The notes: generated by a model from the letters alone, not told the origin. DNA of 21,267 nucleotides from a candidate division WOR-3 bacterium (GCA_965649055.1 CBFGJG010000037.1:1-21267); one strand, 5' to 3'. Positions 9,583 through 19,723 are shown, counted from the first letter of the stretch. Numbers and translations: made by a program.

Positions 9583-10482
9583 TTATTTTACCATCTCTTT
9601 TATCATCTTCACTATTTCTCCGCCAACCTTATCCTGAGCTTCTTTTGTCATTGCAGCAATATGTGGTGTGCAGATAAAGTTTTCAAGTTCAAGCAATTTT
9701 AAATTCTCAGGTGGTTCTTTTTCAAAAACATCGAATCCAGCACCTTTCACTTTCCCATTCTTCATATATTCATACAGGGCATTTTCATCAACAACACCAC
9801 CCCTTGCGCAGTTTATTATATAAACCCCTTTTTTCATCTTTTCAAATGCATCTTTATTTATCAGGTATTTTGTTTCATTTGTTAATGGAATATGTAGGCT
9901 TATAAAATCTGAATTTTTTAGCAGTTCATCGAGTGAAACCATCTTTACCCCTTCTATATCTATTTCTTTAACATAAGGGTCGTATGCTATAACATTCATC
10001 ATAAGACCAATAGCCCTTTTAGCAAGTTCCTTACCAATCCTTCCAATACCTATTATTCCCAGAGTTTTCCCAGTTAATTCAACCCCCTTTATCTCTTTCT
10101 TTAACCATTTTCCTTCCCTCATAGATACAGTCCCTTTAACTATTTCTCTTGTCAGAGCAAACATAAATGCAATAGCAAGTTCAGCAACTGAAACAGAGCT
10201 TGCAAGTGGAGTATTCAGAACTTTTATCCCTTTTTCTTCTGCGTATTTCACATCGATGTTATCAACTCCTACGCCACCTCTTATGATGATTTTAAGATTC
10301 TTACCCCTTTCAATTACATCCTTGGTAATCTTTGTTCTTGAACGAACCACGACACAATCATAAGCTTCTATCTCTTTCAACAATTCTTCAGGTGTTATCT
10401 CCGGTTTATTCGTTACTTCTATCATATTCTTTAATTCTTCAACTGCCTTATCACTTATAGGGTCACATATTAACATTTTCAT
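9583..10482 (-). CDS. serA: D-3-phosphoglycerate dehydrogenase-like D-2-hydroxyacid dehydrogenase (short form, no ACT domain)
   Basis: VRSRTK, RGGVGVDNID, SVAE, GIIGIGRIG, INCARGGVVDE, DVFEKEP, TPHIAA; SD AGGAGG. Confidence 0.8.
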   Translation of the reverse strand: MKMLICDPISDKAVEELKNMIEVTNKPEITPEELLKEIEAYDCVVVRSRTKITKDVIERGKNLKIIIRGGVGVDNIDVKYAEEKGIKVLNTPLASSVSVAELAIAFMFALTREIVKGTVSMREGKWLKKEIKGVELTGKTLGIIGIGRIGKELAKRAIGLMMNVIAYDPYVKEIDIEGVKMVSLDELLKNSDFISLHIPLTNETKYLINKDAFEKMKKGVYIINCARGGVVDENALYEYMKNGKVKGAGFDVFEKEPPENLKLLELENFICTPHIAAMTKEAQDKVGGEIVKMIKEMVK

Positions 10483-10502
10483 AAAATCCTCCTTTTTTTA
10501 AT

Positions 10503-10530
10503 ATTATAAATGGAAAAAATAATCTGTCAA
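10503..10530 (-). promoter_or_regulatory. consensus sigma70 promoter of serA-like gene
   Basis: Minus strand TTGACA (10530-10525, overlapping the GGDEF gene stop), 16 bp, TATAAT (10508-10503). Confidence 0.8.
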
Positions 10531-12032
10531 AAAATTTTAGATATTTTAAATCTGTCTCCACCTTCTCTTTTTGCATCATAACATGCTGAATCGGCAAGGT
10601 GAATTAATCTTAACTTTGACAATCCATTAACGGGATAAACACTTATACCAATACTCAAAGTTAATTTTTGATTTTTCATCTCTTCACGAACTTTTTCAAT
10701 AAGCCTTTTTGATATCATTTCAGCCTTATCATATCCTGCCTCAACAAGAAGAACAATAAATTCGTCCCCTCCATATCTTCCAATAACATCAATATTCCTT
10801 ATATTCTCCTTCATTATATCTGTAATTCTCTTTAGCATATCATCCCCCATAAGATGTCCATATTTGTCGTTGTAATTTTTAAAATTATCAATATCTATGA
10901 ATAATATACTGAACATCTTGGAATATCTCTTACTTCTTTCAATCTCTTTTTCTATCTCTTCTTCTATCTTCCTCCTGTTTGCAATATTTGTAAGTGGGTC
11001 TGTTATTGAATAGGTTTCAACTTCCTTAAAGGAGAAATAATTATGAACTGTGATAGCAAGATTATTTGATATCGCTGTCAATGTGTCTATTTCTTCTTCA
11101 AGGAAACCATCTACAATATCTTTTGAATATGTAACCGCTCCAATGACATCTTCTCCTATTATCAGTGGGAACGAAATCTCGGATTTTATTTTATCAATCA
11201 CTTTTACATAATATTTATCCTCTGATACATCCGGTGCGTAATAATATTTTTTAGTATTTATTGCATTCAAGGTGATTGAATTTCCTTTAAGCTTGTCACT
11301 GAAACTTTTTACACTTTTATAACCTTTCCAGGCAATAGGAACCAAAAGTTCATTTTTTTTATCATACCAGAAAACAGCAGTATATTTAATACAAAGGCTT
11401 TCCTTTAATTCCTTCATCAGATTATTAAGAACCTTCTTAATATCAAGGGATGATATAAGGCATTCACTTGTTCTGTATAATAGATTTATCTTTTCCTGTT
11501 TCTTTTTTATATCTTCAAATGTCTTCGCATTGATAAGTGCGGTCCCTGCATTCAAGGCGAATAGCTCAACCTTTTTTAAATCATCGTAACTAAAAAAATT
11601 AGGTTTATCCGAATCCGCATAGAATATTCCAATTATCTTTTCTTTATATGTTAATGGATATGCAAGGACGCTTCTTCTTCCTTTTTTCAAGGCAACTGGA
11701 TTTGCATCTTTATAATTCTTAAGGTCGTTTATTATAACTGGTTTTTTTGTCTTAAGGATTGTTCCTGATATTCCCTTCTTCAGTCTTGCAGTGCTTTTGT
11801 ATGTGATTAATTTTTTTGAACCCTGATACATCTCAAAAGCAAGTGGAAAAAGTCTGCTATCCTCAAGTATGAGTAAACTCATATGATTAACCTTTAAAAC
11901 ATCTATCCCTCTTCTGAGTATTTCTTTTATTACTTCTTTTAAATTGAGTTTCGAGATTACATACTGGGAAAGTCTTAATATCTTTAAGAAATATTCATAA
12001 TCTTTTTCCCTTAACTCATCACATTTTCTCAT
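10527..12032 (-). CDS. GAF-GAF-GGDEF diguanylate cyclase
   Basis: Two GAF-like repeats (SVLAYPL..IIGIF; SEISFPL..VIGAV), TDPLT, DIDNFKNYNDKYGH, intact RYGGDEF with RxxD I-site (RNID). Confidence 0.93.
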   Translation of the reverse strand: MRKCDELREKDYEYFLKILRLSQYVISKLNLKEVIKEILRRGIDVLKVNHMSLLILEDSRLFPLAFEMYQGSKKLITYKSTARLKKGISGTILKTKKPVIINDLKNYKDANPVALKKGRRSVLAYPLTYKEKIIGIFYADSDKPNFFSYDDLKKVELFALNAGTALINAKTFEDIKKKQEKINLLYRTSECLISSLDIKKVLNNLMKELKESLCIKYTAVFWYDKKNELLVPIAWKGYKSVKSFSDKLKGNSITLNAINTKKYYYAPDVSEDKYYVKVIDKIKSEISFPLIIGEDVIGAVTYSKDIVDGFLEEEIDTLTAISNNLAITVHNYFSFKEVETYSITDPLTNIANRRKIEEEIEKEIERSKRYSKMFSILFIDIDNFKNYNDKYGHLMGDDMLKRITDIMKENIRNIDVIGRYGGDEFIVLLVEAGYDKAEMISKRLIEKVREEMKNQKLTLSIGISVYPVNGLSKLRLIHLADSACYDAKREGGDRFKISKIF

Positions 12033-13702
12033 CTAACCCTTTTACCTTTATCTATAAAAAGATATCTTTTTATCTTCATTGCAGCGGTCTTCGGGAATTC
12101 TTCATCCCTTATAACAATTCTTCTTATCTTTTTATAATCAGCAAGATGTTCATTCTTTTTTGCTATCTCTTTAGATATTATCTCATAAATCCTATCATTA
12201 TCTATTTCAATATTATGTTCTTTGCAATAATTATCAAGTGCCTCCCAGTTTGGATATATATTTGCTGTAAGTTCTTCTGTCCCCGTCCTGTCATCTATTT
12301 CCATTGTCACAAGCAATTCACTTATAAACTCAATATCCTGTAATTTTTCCTCTATTTCTTCAGGATAAATATTCTTTCCGCCTTTCGTTACAATCACATT
12401 CTTTGCCCTTCCAGTTATAAATATATATCCTCTTTTGTTTATATACCCAAGGTCTCCTGTTCTGAACCATCCATTATAAAAAGCCTTCTCAGTTGCCTGT
12501 GGATTTTTATAATAACCTTTAAATACATTATCCCCTTTTGCAACAATTTCACCAATACCATCGATGGGTTCAATTATATCAATATCAACATCTGGAAGTG
12601 CCCATCCAACAGATGCATTTCTTGGTCTTGATGGTGGGTTCACTGAAAGAACAGGTGAAGTCTCAGTAAGCCCATATCCTTGTAATATTGGAAAACCCCA
12701 TAATTCGAGTTTCTTTGAGACCCATATTGGTAGTGCAGAACCACCGGAAATAAGATATCTTAATTTGTGTAAACCCAAGTTTTTTCTTATTGGTCTAAAA
12801 AGGGTTTTTGAAGCTATCCTTAAGTTTGTCTTCATAAAAGGATATGAGATACCTTCAAATATTTTAAGCATTCCTTTCTTTAGAATCATCTGCTTTCTTA
12901 TTTCTTTCTCAATCCCTTTTACCAGTTTTTCAAGTAATAATGGAACAGTGATGAATATCTGAGGTTTTGTGTATATCATATCTTCCTTGAGTTCATTTGG
13001 TTTTAAAGACCTGCCAATTGAAATAGTCAGGCCAAGTGTTAATGAGAGTATGAAACCAACCGTAAAGGGAAAAACATGATGCAATGGTAATATCAAAAAC
13101 TGGGTGTCACCAGGATTAAAATACAATGCCTGATACATCTGGGAGACATTAGACATAATATTCTTATGTGTCAACATAGCAATCTTTGAATCGCTTGTAG
13201 TTCCTGATGTAGAAAAGAGAACCGCAAGTTCATTCACATCTGTTTTTGTCAGTTCTATTTCACTATCACCGATAAGTTTGCTTATATCTTTAAATAGGAT
13301 ATATTTTATTCCTTCTTCATTTCCTTCTATCTCACCATCATCTGTTATTATGAATTTTGTCTCTGATAGTCTCAAAAAATGAAGGACCTCAGATAAAGTC
13401 AGCCTTGCATCCAGAGGAACAACAATTCCTCCAATCCACAAAACTGAAAGGGCAGATATTAACCATTCAAATGAATTAGAACCTTTTATTGCAATATGGT
13501 CCCCTTTCTTAAGACCTTTCTTTTTCAATGATGCAGCAAATTTTCTAACCCTCCTTAAAAGTTCTTTATAAGTTATCTTTTCCCATTCATCGCCCTTTCT
13601 CATCATAATTGCAATTCTTTCTGAATGTTCTTTTGCAGCATTTTCAAATGCTTCGGGGATTGATAAAATTGGTAATGGTTCTCTAATTCTTTTAAATCCC
13701 AT
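12029..13702 (-). CDS. long-chain fatty acid-CoA ligase (AMP-binding family)
   Basis: TSGTT P-loop, LPLHH, QGYGLTETSP, FRTGDLG, GRAKNVIV, GKNIYPEEIE, PKTAAMKIKR. Confidence 0.9.
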   Translation of the reverse strand: MGFKRIREPLPILSIPEAFENAAKEHSERIAIMMRKGDEWEKITYKELLRRVRKFAASLKKKGLKKGDHIAIKGSNSFEWLISALSVLWIGGIVVPLDARLTLSEVLHFLRLSETKFIITDDGEIEGNEEGIKYILFKDISKLIGDSEIELTKTDVNELAVLFSTSGTTSDSKIAMLTHKNIMSNVSQMYQALYFNPGDTQFLILPLHHVFPFTVGFILSLTLGLTISIGRSLKPNELKEDMIYTKPQIFITVPLLLEKLVKGIEKEIRKQMILKKGMLKIFEGISYPFMKTNLRIASKTLFRPIRKNLGLHKLRYLISGGSALPIWVSKKLELWGFPILQGYGLTETSPVLSVNPPSRPRNASVGWALPDVDIDIIEPIDGIGEIVAKGDNVFKGYYKNPQATEKAFYNGWFRTGDLGYINKRGYIFITGRAKNVIVTKGGKNIYPEEIEEKLQDIEFISELLVTMEIDDRTGTEELTANIYPNWEALDNYCKEHNIEIDNDRIYEIISKEIAKKNEHLADYKKIRRIVIRDEEFPKTAAMKIKRYLFIDKGKRVR

Positions 13703-14966
13703 AAGTTTCCCTCCATTTGTTGATCTTTTTTAATGATTCAATGTAAAAGTTTTTTCTTTGTATCTTTTTATACTCCTTAAGAACCCCGAAATTAGCATTC
13801 AAAGGTTCAAATTTTTCTCTTTTCTCAAATAAATAAGAGATTATACCCTCAAATAAAGTCCCTTTAGGTGGAAATATGGGCGATTTTCCATTAATTGTTC
13901 TATATATATTAATACCTGCATAGAGACCTGTCAAAGAAGCTTCCATATATCCTTCCATACCTATTAAAGTTCCTATCAGATATAAATTATTTTTAAATCT
14001 TAGATATTTGTCAAGTAAAATTGGTGTATTTATATATGTATTTCTATGTATCATTCCATACCTTAAAAAAATAGCATTCTTTAAAGCAGGTATCATTCTG
14101 AAAACCCTTTCCTGTTCTTTTATCTTCAATCTCGTCTGGAAGCCAACCATACTTAGAGCAGAACCTTCTTTATTTTCCATCCTTAACTGAACAACCGCAT
14201 AAACATCTTTAAATTTTTCAGGTATCTTTAAACCTACTGGCTTTAATGCTGAAAATCTAAGGGATTCTCCTCCTCTTCTTGCCATCTCTTCAATGGGGAT
14301 ACAGCCTTTAAAAAATAAATCCTTTTTTATATGTGGTTTGTGTTTTTCAGCATTCTTTAATTCTGTCACAAATTTTTCGTATTCTTCCTTTGTTAAAGGA
14401 CAATTAAGATAATCGTCTCCGTCTTTGTATCTTGAGCCCCAGAAAGCAAGATTAAAATCAATTGATTCTGTAAGGATTATAGGTGAAACAGCATCGTAAA
14501 AAAAAAGATTATCTTCACCCAGTATATTTTTCAATTTTTTTTCAAACCTTTTTGATGTCAAAGGTCCTGTCGCAATCACATTTATAAAATCCTCATCTAT
14601 TTCATATACTTCTTCCCTTATTACCTGACAATTTTTTTCAATATATTCAGTTATATCTCTTGAGAAGTTTTCCCTATCAACAACGAGTGCCTTTCCGCCT
14701 TTAATCCTGTTTTTATATGCAAACTCAATTATTTTTGAACCGAGAGCCTCCATCTCAAGTTTTAATATTCCCTGGGCAGTTTCTTTCTCTATTGATTTAA
14801 GTGAATTGCTACAAACGAGTTCAGCAAGGTATCCTGTCCTGTGTGCTTCTGTCATCTTATTAGGTCTCATCTCAAAGATTTTTACATTTATACCTTTTGA
14901 TATAAGATACATAGCACATTCTGCACCTGCAAGTCCACCACCTATTATTCTAACTTCAGAATGCAT
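13692..14966 (-). CDS. trmFO: folate/FAD-dependent tRNA m5U54 methyltransferase TrmFO
   Basis: IIGGGLAG, AELVCSNS, FFYDAVSP, YLNCPL, GCIPIE, VGFQT, RYGMIHRNTY, EGY; start set at MHSEV (14966). Confidence 0.95.
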   Translation of the reverse strand: MHSEVRIIGGGLAGAECAMYLISKGINVKIFEMRPNKMTEAHRTGYLAELVCSNSLKSIEKETAQGILKLEMEALGSKIIEFAYKNRIKGGKALVVDRENFSRDITEYIEKNCQVIREEVYEIDEDFINVIATGPLTSKRFEKKLKNILGEDNLFFYDAVSPIILTESIDFNLAFWGSRYKDGDDYLNCPLTKEEYEKFVTELKNAEKHKPHIKKDLFFKGCIPIEEMARRGGESLRFSALKPVGLKIPEKFKDVYAVVQLRMENKEGSALSMVGFQTRLKIKEQERVFRMIPALKNAIFLRYGMIHRNTYINTPILLDKYLRFKNNLYLIGTLIGMEGYMEASLTGLYAGINIYRTINGKSPIFPPKGTLFEGIISYLFEKREKFEPLNANFGVLKEYKKIQRKNFYIESLKKINKWRETYGI

Positions 14967-17733
14967 AACCAAGATAAATACTGAAATACACATTCGGTAA
15001 ATGATATTTTATTTTTGTCCTCTTTGCTATATAAAAATTTAAATCTGTAATACCAAGGTTTATCTTCGCCTCGAGTCCATAACTTGCTAAGAGATTATCA
15101 AGAACAGGAAATCCATTCTCAATATGTAAGAATTTGTAATTTGACAGATCCGATGTTGCTCCTCCCATATCAAAAAATAAAGCGCCTTTTATACCTGAAA
15201 TTGTTATTGGTGGGAAACCAATTGACAGGACTTTAATCAAAGGAAATCTAAATTCCATATTTAAGACTCCTGCATATGTTCCTTCCTGTTCAGTATAATC
15301 ATAACCTCTCACACCACCAATTTCTCCTATATAAACAGTTCCAAGGAAACTTGCTTCCCTTCCCCATGAATGAAACAGATATAATCTTTTTGCAATATTG
15401 AAATCACTTGTTATATAAAAATAATTCCTAAGGTCTGTTTCAAACAACTGAAGGTCCCAGAATTTTTCATAATCAAAAGGTGTTCCCATAAATCTTAAGT
15501 ATCCTCTGAAACCTTTGATTGGAGCGTAACCGGACCATAATGTGAAATCCATAACATATCTCAGATTCAGGAACAAACTCAGGAAATAATCCGACGAAAC
15601 ATAGACACCTGATTGATATTCGTATATATCATAAGGTAAATAATAACCATCAGCCTGGAATTCGAGCCTTGTAAAAGTATCAAACGGATACATTATCAAA
15701 CCACCAATTCCATAGAGATTGCCGATATTTATGTATTCGTTAACCATATCATATGAATAAAAACCTACTGCACTTTTCTGTGCGACAATTCCATAATCAA
15801 ATCTGTGTTTAAGGTAAAGGTATTGCAGATACATATTACTTTCAAGAAGATTCGAATTGTCAAAGTAAAAATAAAGCCAGTTATTCCCGAGGACATCGCT
15901 CATAATCAAAACAAATTGTGCCGTAAGTCCATAATATGAATCATAGTATAGATAAGGATTTAGGTAATCAATACCAAAATTCAGACTTGCATCTTTCACA
16001 GCATACTCTTCATTTATTTCAATTTTTATCTTGAATTCCTGATATTCTTTCTTTTCTGGTATTTCTTTTATTCCAAGATTATTTATATCTTCAACTAAAA
16101 ATAAATCATAGCCGCTTTTTGTAAGAACAGAGAAAACAGTCTTTTTTCCGTCATCCGCTATTGAGAATGAATGTATGGGTTCAATAAAATCAGTTATTTT
16201 AAATATTTCATTACTCTTCAAATCATATTTATAAAGTTCCCTATTCCCGGACCTTTCAGAAAGAAAGTAAATTATAGAATCCTTCAATACAGGAGATATT
16301 ATTGAACCTGAAAAATTAAGTATCCTCTCTATTTTACCGTTCATATCCACAGAATAAAGATTGAATTCATCGTAATCCCACTCTCCATTTGATTTCCTGT
16401 TAGAAGTAAACAATATCTTATCATTAAAAAATACAGGATTCAAATCAGACCAAAAATCATTTGTGAGCCTTGAGATTTTTTTATTTTTTAAATCATATAT
16501 AAATATATCTGAATATCCATCTTTCACACCTGTAAAAACAATCTTACTACCATCATCAGAAAATTCAGGCCATATTATCCTATCAAGATCAAGATTAATC
16601 TTGTTTTCAACTTTACCGTTTTTTAAGTTATAGATATATATATAATCCTTACCGAGTTCTTTCGAAACAAAACATATTCTTTCGCTATCTTTTGTAAAAC
16701 CTATATGTCCCTCAAGGATATGCAGTGATTCAAATTTTCTTCCCCTTCCCTCTCCCACTATTTTCCCAAGGTCTTTTTTATCGATGGTGCTTATAACACC
16801 TATTTCTATTTCTTCCTTTCTATCCCTGTAATAAATAACAAGATTCCCGTCAGGTGAGATAGATGGAGCATAATTCAGATAATTTTTCATTCTCGTATGG
16901 TCGGTCAGTCTTTCTGTTTTTTCATCTATGAAAGTTTTTGTCGAGAATATAAAACTATATCTTTTCTTCAAATCACGCTGCCAGAGCTCATCAAGTTTAT
17001 CGATTGACAAACCAAGAACCTTTACCAGAGATTTATCAAATGATTTTGTTTCCCTAATAGAGTTAAAAAGCTCACCCAATTTTTTTTCACCGTATAGTTC
17101 AGTTATGAACTTCAGGACGCTCTGTCCTTCCTTATAAATCACATATCCAGAGTATTTATCAAGTGCTTTTAAGGATATTATTCTGTTATTTAGTAATGCA
17201 TCAATCATAAATTGTTCACATTCCGGAGTCCATCCAGAAGAAAGGTATTCTGACATTCCTTCAACAAACCATAAAGGGACCTGTATGCTTAATCTTCTGT
17301 TGAATGCATCAAGACCTGTTCCATACCAGACTTTGTTCTGAAAATAATGTGTTAATTCATGTGAAAGTGTATGCCTGAAATCAGAAAGGTCTCCATCGTA
17401 TGGAAGGACAATCCTGTTTTTGAAAGCCTCTGTGAATCCGGATACTGCTTCAGGCAATCTTTCAAAAAGTATATTTGTCTCTTCAAACTCATTACTTGAA
17501 TTATATATAACAACGAGTATTCTTCTTTTATCTTTATCTTCCTTAAAAGACAGAACATTTTTATAATGATAATATGTGCTTTCAAGCACCGCTACAGCAA
17601 AGCTTGCAAGTTTCTCGGAGTTTTCTTGAAAATAAACCTCAAAATTTTCTGACTGAATAATTTTCCAGTCACTAACTTTATACTGAACCTTGTTCTGACC
17701 AAATATATATTGTGATAGGATTAAAAATATCAT
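14956..17733 (-). CDS. peptidase MA-like + PD40/TolB beta-propeller + Omp85/BamA-type C-terminal barrel outer-membrane protein
   Basis: FGQNKVQY N-terminus, HELTH and PLWFVEGMSEY zincin motifs, PSISPDG/PEFSDDG repeats, barrel motifs GGVRGY and GALFFDMG, C-terminal Phe. Confidence 0.85.
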   Translation of the reverse strand: MIFLILSQYIFGQNKVQYKVSDWKIIQSENFEVYFQENSEKLASFAVAVLESTYYHYKNVLSFKEDKDKRRILVVIYNSSNEFEETNILFERLPEAVSGFTEAFKNRIVLPYDGDLSDFRHTLSHELTHYFQNKVWYGTGLDAFNRRLSIQVPLWFVEGMSEYLSSGWTPECEQFMIDALLNNRIISLKALDKYSGYVIYKEGQSVLKFITELYGEKKLGELFNSIRETKSFDKSLVKVLGLSIDKLDELWQRDLKKRYSFIFSTKTFIDEKTERLTDHTRMKNYLNYAPSISPDGNLVIYYRDRKEEIEIGVISTIDKKDLGKIVGEGRGRKFESLHILEGHIGFTKDSERICFVSKELGKDYIYIYNLKNGKVENKINLDLDRIIWPEFSDDGSKIVFTGVKDGYSDIFIYDLKNKKISRLTNDFWSDLNPVFFNDKILFTSNRKSNGEWDYDEFNLYSVDMNGKIERILNFSGSIISPVLKDSIIYFLSERSGNRELYKYDLKSNEIFKITDFIEPIHSFSIADDGKKTVFSVLTKSGYDLFLVEDINNLGIKEIPEKKEYQEFKIKIEINEEYAVKDASLNFGIDYLNPYLYYDSYYGLTAQFVLIMSDVLGNNWLYFYFDNSNLLESNMYLQYLYLKHRFDYGIVAQKSAVGFYSYDMVNEYINIGNLYGIGGLIMYPFDTFTRLEFQADGYYLPYDIYEYQSGVYVSSDYFLSLFLNLRYVMDFTLWSGYAPIKGFRGYLRFMGTPFDYEKFWDLQLFETDLRNYFYITSDFNIAKRLYLFHSWGREASFLGTVYIGEIGGVRGYDYTEQEGTYAGVLNMEFRFPLIKVLSIGFPPITISGIKGALFFDMGGATSDLSNYKFLHIENGFPVLDNLLASYGLEAKINLGITDLNFYIAKRTKIKYHLPNVYFSIYLGYAF

Positions 17734-18203
17734 CTTAGAATTTCCCTCAATAGATAACCGAGAAAAAATCCTACTATAAATGTTATTGCTAATGTTCTTG
17801 AATGCATAAGTTCTTTTTTATATCCAAGTTTCATACCAAAGAACGCGAGCATATTTCCGAGAGTATTAAGTATAAGAACTATTGGTAATGCTATGAATTT
17901 TAAAAACACAGGTCCAACCATAGGTATATGTGCTGCGAAACCAAAGAGTAAATTAATTCCCTGGCTTAAAAGACCTACGATTAAGACTGCAATACCGAAT
18001 ACGATTTTATCCCATCTGAAGATTATAAAGAGTGGAAGGAAGACAGCGATAAAACCAATCCATATAGCAATCTTTATCATATTCTTTTTTTCTTTTGTTG
18101 GTTTTATCTCAAATTCTTTTACTTCTTTTTCAAATTCCTTATCAAGAACTTCAATCTTCTTTTTTATATTTTCTCTTTTTTTCTTTTTTACATTCTCTGC
18201 CAT
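17730..18203 (-). CDS. hypothetical membrane protein (Lys/Glu-rich N-terminus, about 4 TM helices)
   Basis: 157 aa ORF overlapping both neighbours on the operon strand; hydrophobic segments. Confidence 0.75.
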   Translation of the reverse strand: MAENVKKKKRENIKKKIEVLDKEFEKEVKEFEIKPTKEKKNMIKIAIWIGFIAVFLPLFIIFRWDKIVFGIAVLIVGLLSQGINLLFGFAAHIPMVGPVFLKFIALPIVLILNTLGNMLAFFGMKLGYKKELMHSRTLAITFIVGFFLGYLLREILR

Positions 18204-19717
18204 ATTTTTTTATCAAGTGTTCTTAATTGTATCCCTTCAAGAATATGTTCAGGTTTTATCTCTTCTGAATTATCAATATCGGCGATTGTCCTTGACACCT
18301 TCAATATTCTATCATAAGACCTTGCAGAAAAACCAAATTTCTTCATAGCATTTTCAATTATCTCCTCAGATTTTGAATCAATCTTACAGAATTTCTTCAT
18401 ATATTGTGGTGTTATTCCTGCATTTGATTTTATGTTAGTCCCTTTGAATCTTTCCTTCTGTATTTTCCTTGCAGATAATACCTTTTCCTTCATTTCCTTT
18501 GAACTAGTTGATGGCAATTCACTTTTTAAATCTTCGAATTTCACCCTTGGAACTTCTATATGTATATCAATTCTATCAAGTAAAGGTCCTGAAATCTTCG
18601 ATATATATCTTTCTATCTGTCCCGGTGAACAGGTGCACTGGACATAAGGGTCTCCAAAATATCCGCATGGACATGGATTCATTGCAGCGACAAGGATGAA
18701 TTTAGCAGGGAATAAACTTGCCTTATGAGCCCTTGATACGGTTAAAACACCATCTTCAAGTGGTTGTCTTAAAGATTCAAGTGCATCCCTTTTAAATTCT
18801 GGAAATTCATCAAGGAAAAGGACACCATTGTGTGCTAAACTTACCTCACCCGGTCTTGGTGGATTACCGCCACCGATTAATCCTGCATAAGATATTGTTG
18901 AATGTGGAGACCTGAATTGTCTTTTTGATACAATTGGTGTATCAGATGGAAGCATCCCTATTGCTGAATAAATCTTTGTGCATTCAATTGCCTCATCAAG
19001 TTCCATATCAGGTAAAATAGTAGGTATCCTTCTTGCAAGCATTGTTTTTCCTGAACCCGGTGGTCCTATCATAAGTATATTATGACCGCCTGCTGTTGCT
19101 ATCAGGATTCCCCTCTTTGCGAGCTCCTGGCCTTTCACATCCGAGAAATCCATATCGTATACAGATGAAAGTTTGAATATTTCTTCCCTGTTAAAAGAGA
19201 ATGGTTCAGGAAGATTATCCTTAAAGCTATTAACAATCTCGTTCAAATCAATAACAGGATAAACAGGTATATCAATGAGTGCACCTTCTATTGCATTTTT
19301 CTTTGGTAAAATTATTCCCTTCATATTTTCATTCTTTGCAAGTAATGCAGATGATAGAGCACCTTTTACACCTCTTATCTCGCCATCTAAAGCAAGTTCA
19401 CCAATGATAATATAATCATTCAAATTCATATTGAATTGTCCAGATGCCTGCAATATTCCCAGTGCTATTGGTAAATCAAGTGAAGTTCCTTCTTTTTTTA
19501 TATCAGCAGGTGCTAAATTCACTGTTATTCTTTTATTTGGGAATACAAAACCAGAATTTTTTATAGCAGTTTCAACCCTTTCTTTTGATTCCTTAATAGA
19601 AGTTTCAGGTAATCCAACAATATTAAATGCAGGCAAACCTTTATCAAGATTAACTTCAACGATAACTTTTTTTGCCTCTACCCCAACAAGGGAGCAGGAA
19701 TAAATCTTTGAAAGCAT
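18188..19717 (-). CDS. comM: ComM/YifB Mg-chelatase-like AAA+ ATPase (helicase)
   Basis: IVGLP, KESKERV, VNLAPA, GELALDG, GPPGSGKT, FRSPH, LAHNGVLFLDE, AAMNPCPCG, SGPLLDRID, SARSYDRILKVSRTIAD. Confidence 0.95.
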   Translation of the reverse strand: MLSKIYSCSLVGVEAKKVIVEVNLDKGLPAFNIVGLPETSIKESKERVETAIKNSGFVFPNKRITVNLAPADIKKEGTSLDLPIALGILQASGQFNMNLNDYIIIGELALDGEIRGVKGALSSALLAKNENMKGIILPKKNAIEGALIDIPVYPVIDLNEIVNSFKDNLPEPFSFNREEIFKLSSVYDMDFSDVKGQELAKRGILIATAGGHNILMIGPPGSGKTMLARRIPTILPDMELDEAIECTKIYSAIGMLPSDTPIVSKRQFRSPHSTISYAGLIGGGNPPRPGEVSLAHNGVLFLDEFPEFKRDALESLRQPLEDGVLTVSRAHKASLFPAKFILVAAMNPCPCGYFGDPYVQCTCSPGQIERYISKISGPLLDRIDIHIEVPRVKFEDLKSELPSTSSKEMKEKVLSARKIQKERFKGTNIKSNAGITPQYMKKFCKIDSKSEEIIENAMKKFGFSARSYDRILKVSRTIADIDNSEEIKPEHILEGIQLRTLDKKIWQRM

Positions 19718-19723
19718 ATGAAA

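Noticed and set aside
9570..9600. Terminators between convergent genes (9582/9583 and 1097/1100)
   Set aside because: Gaps are 0 and 2 bp and no clear hairpin plus U-tract is visible, so none is annotated.
13170..13225. Deviant P-loop in the acyl-CoA ligase (STSGTTSDSK vs YTSGTTGxPK)
   Set aside because: All other adenylation motifs are intact; within family variation, so not called a pseudogene.
17893..18348. 151-aa plus-strand ORF and other short antisense ORFs (4709, 5161, 5198, 5693, 9711, 12146, 12564, 14008, 14806, 16928, 17352, 18432, 18508, 19431)
   Set aside because: Shadow ORFs lying within or opposite well-supported genes.
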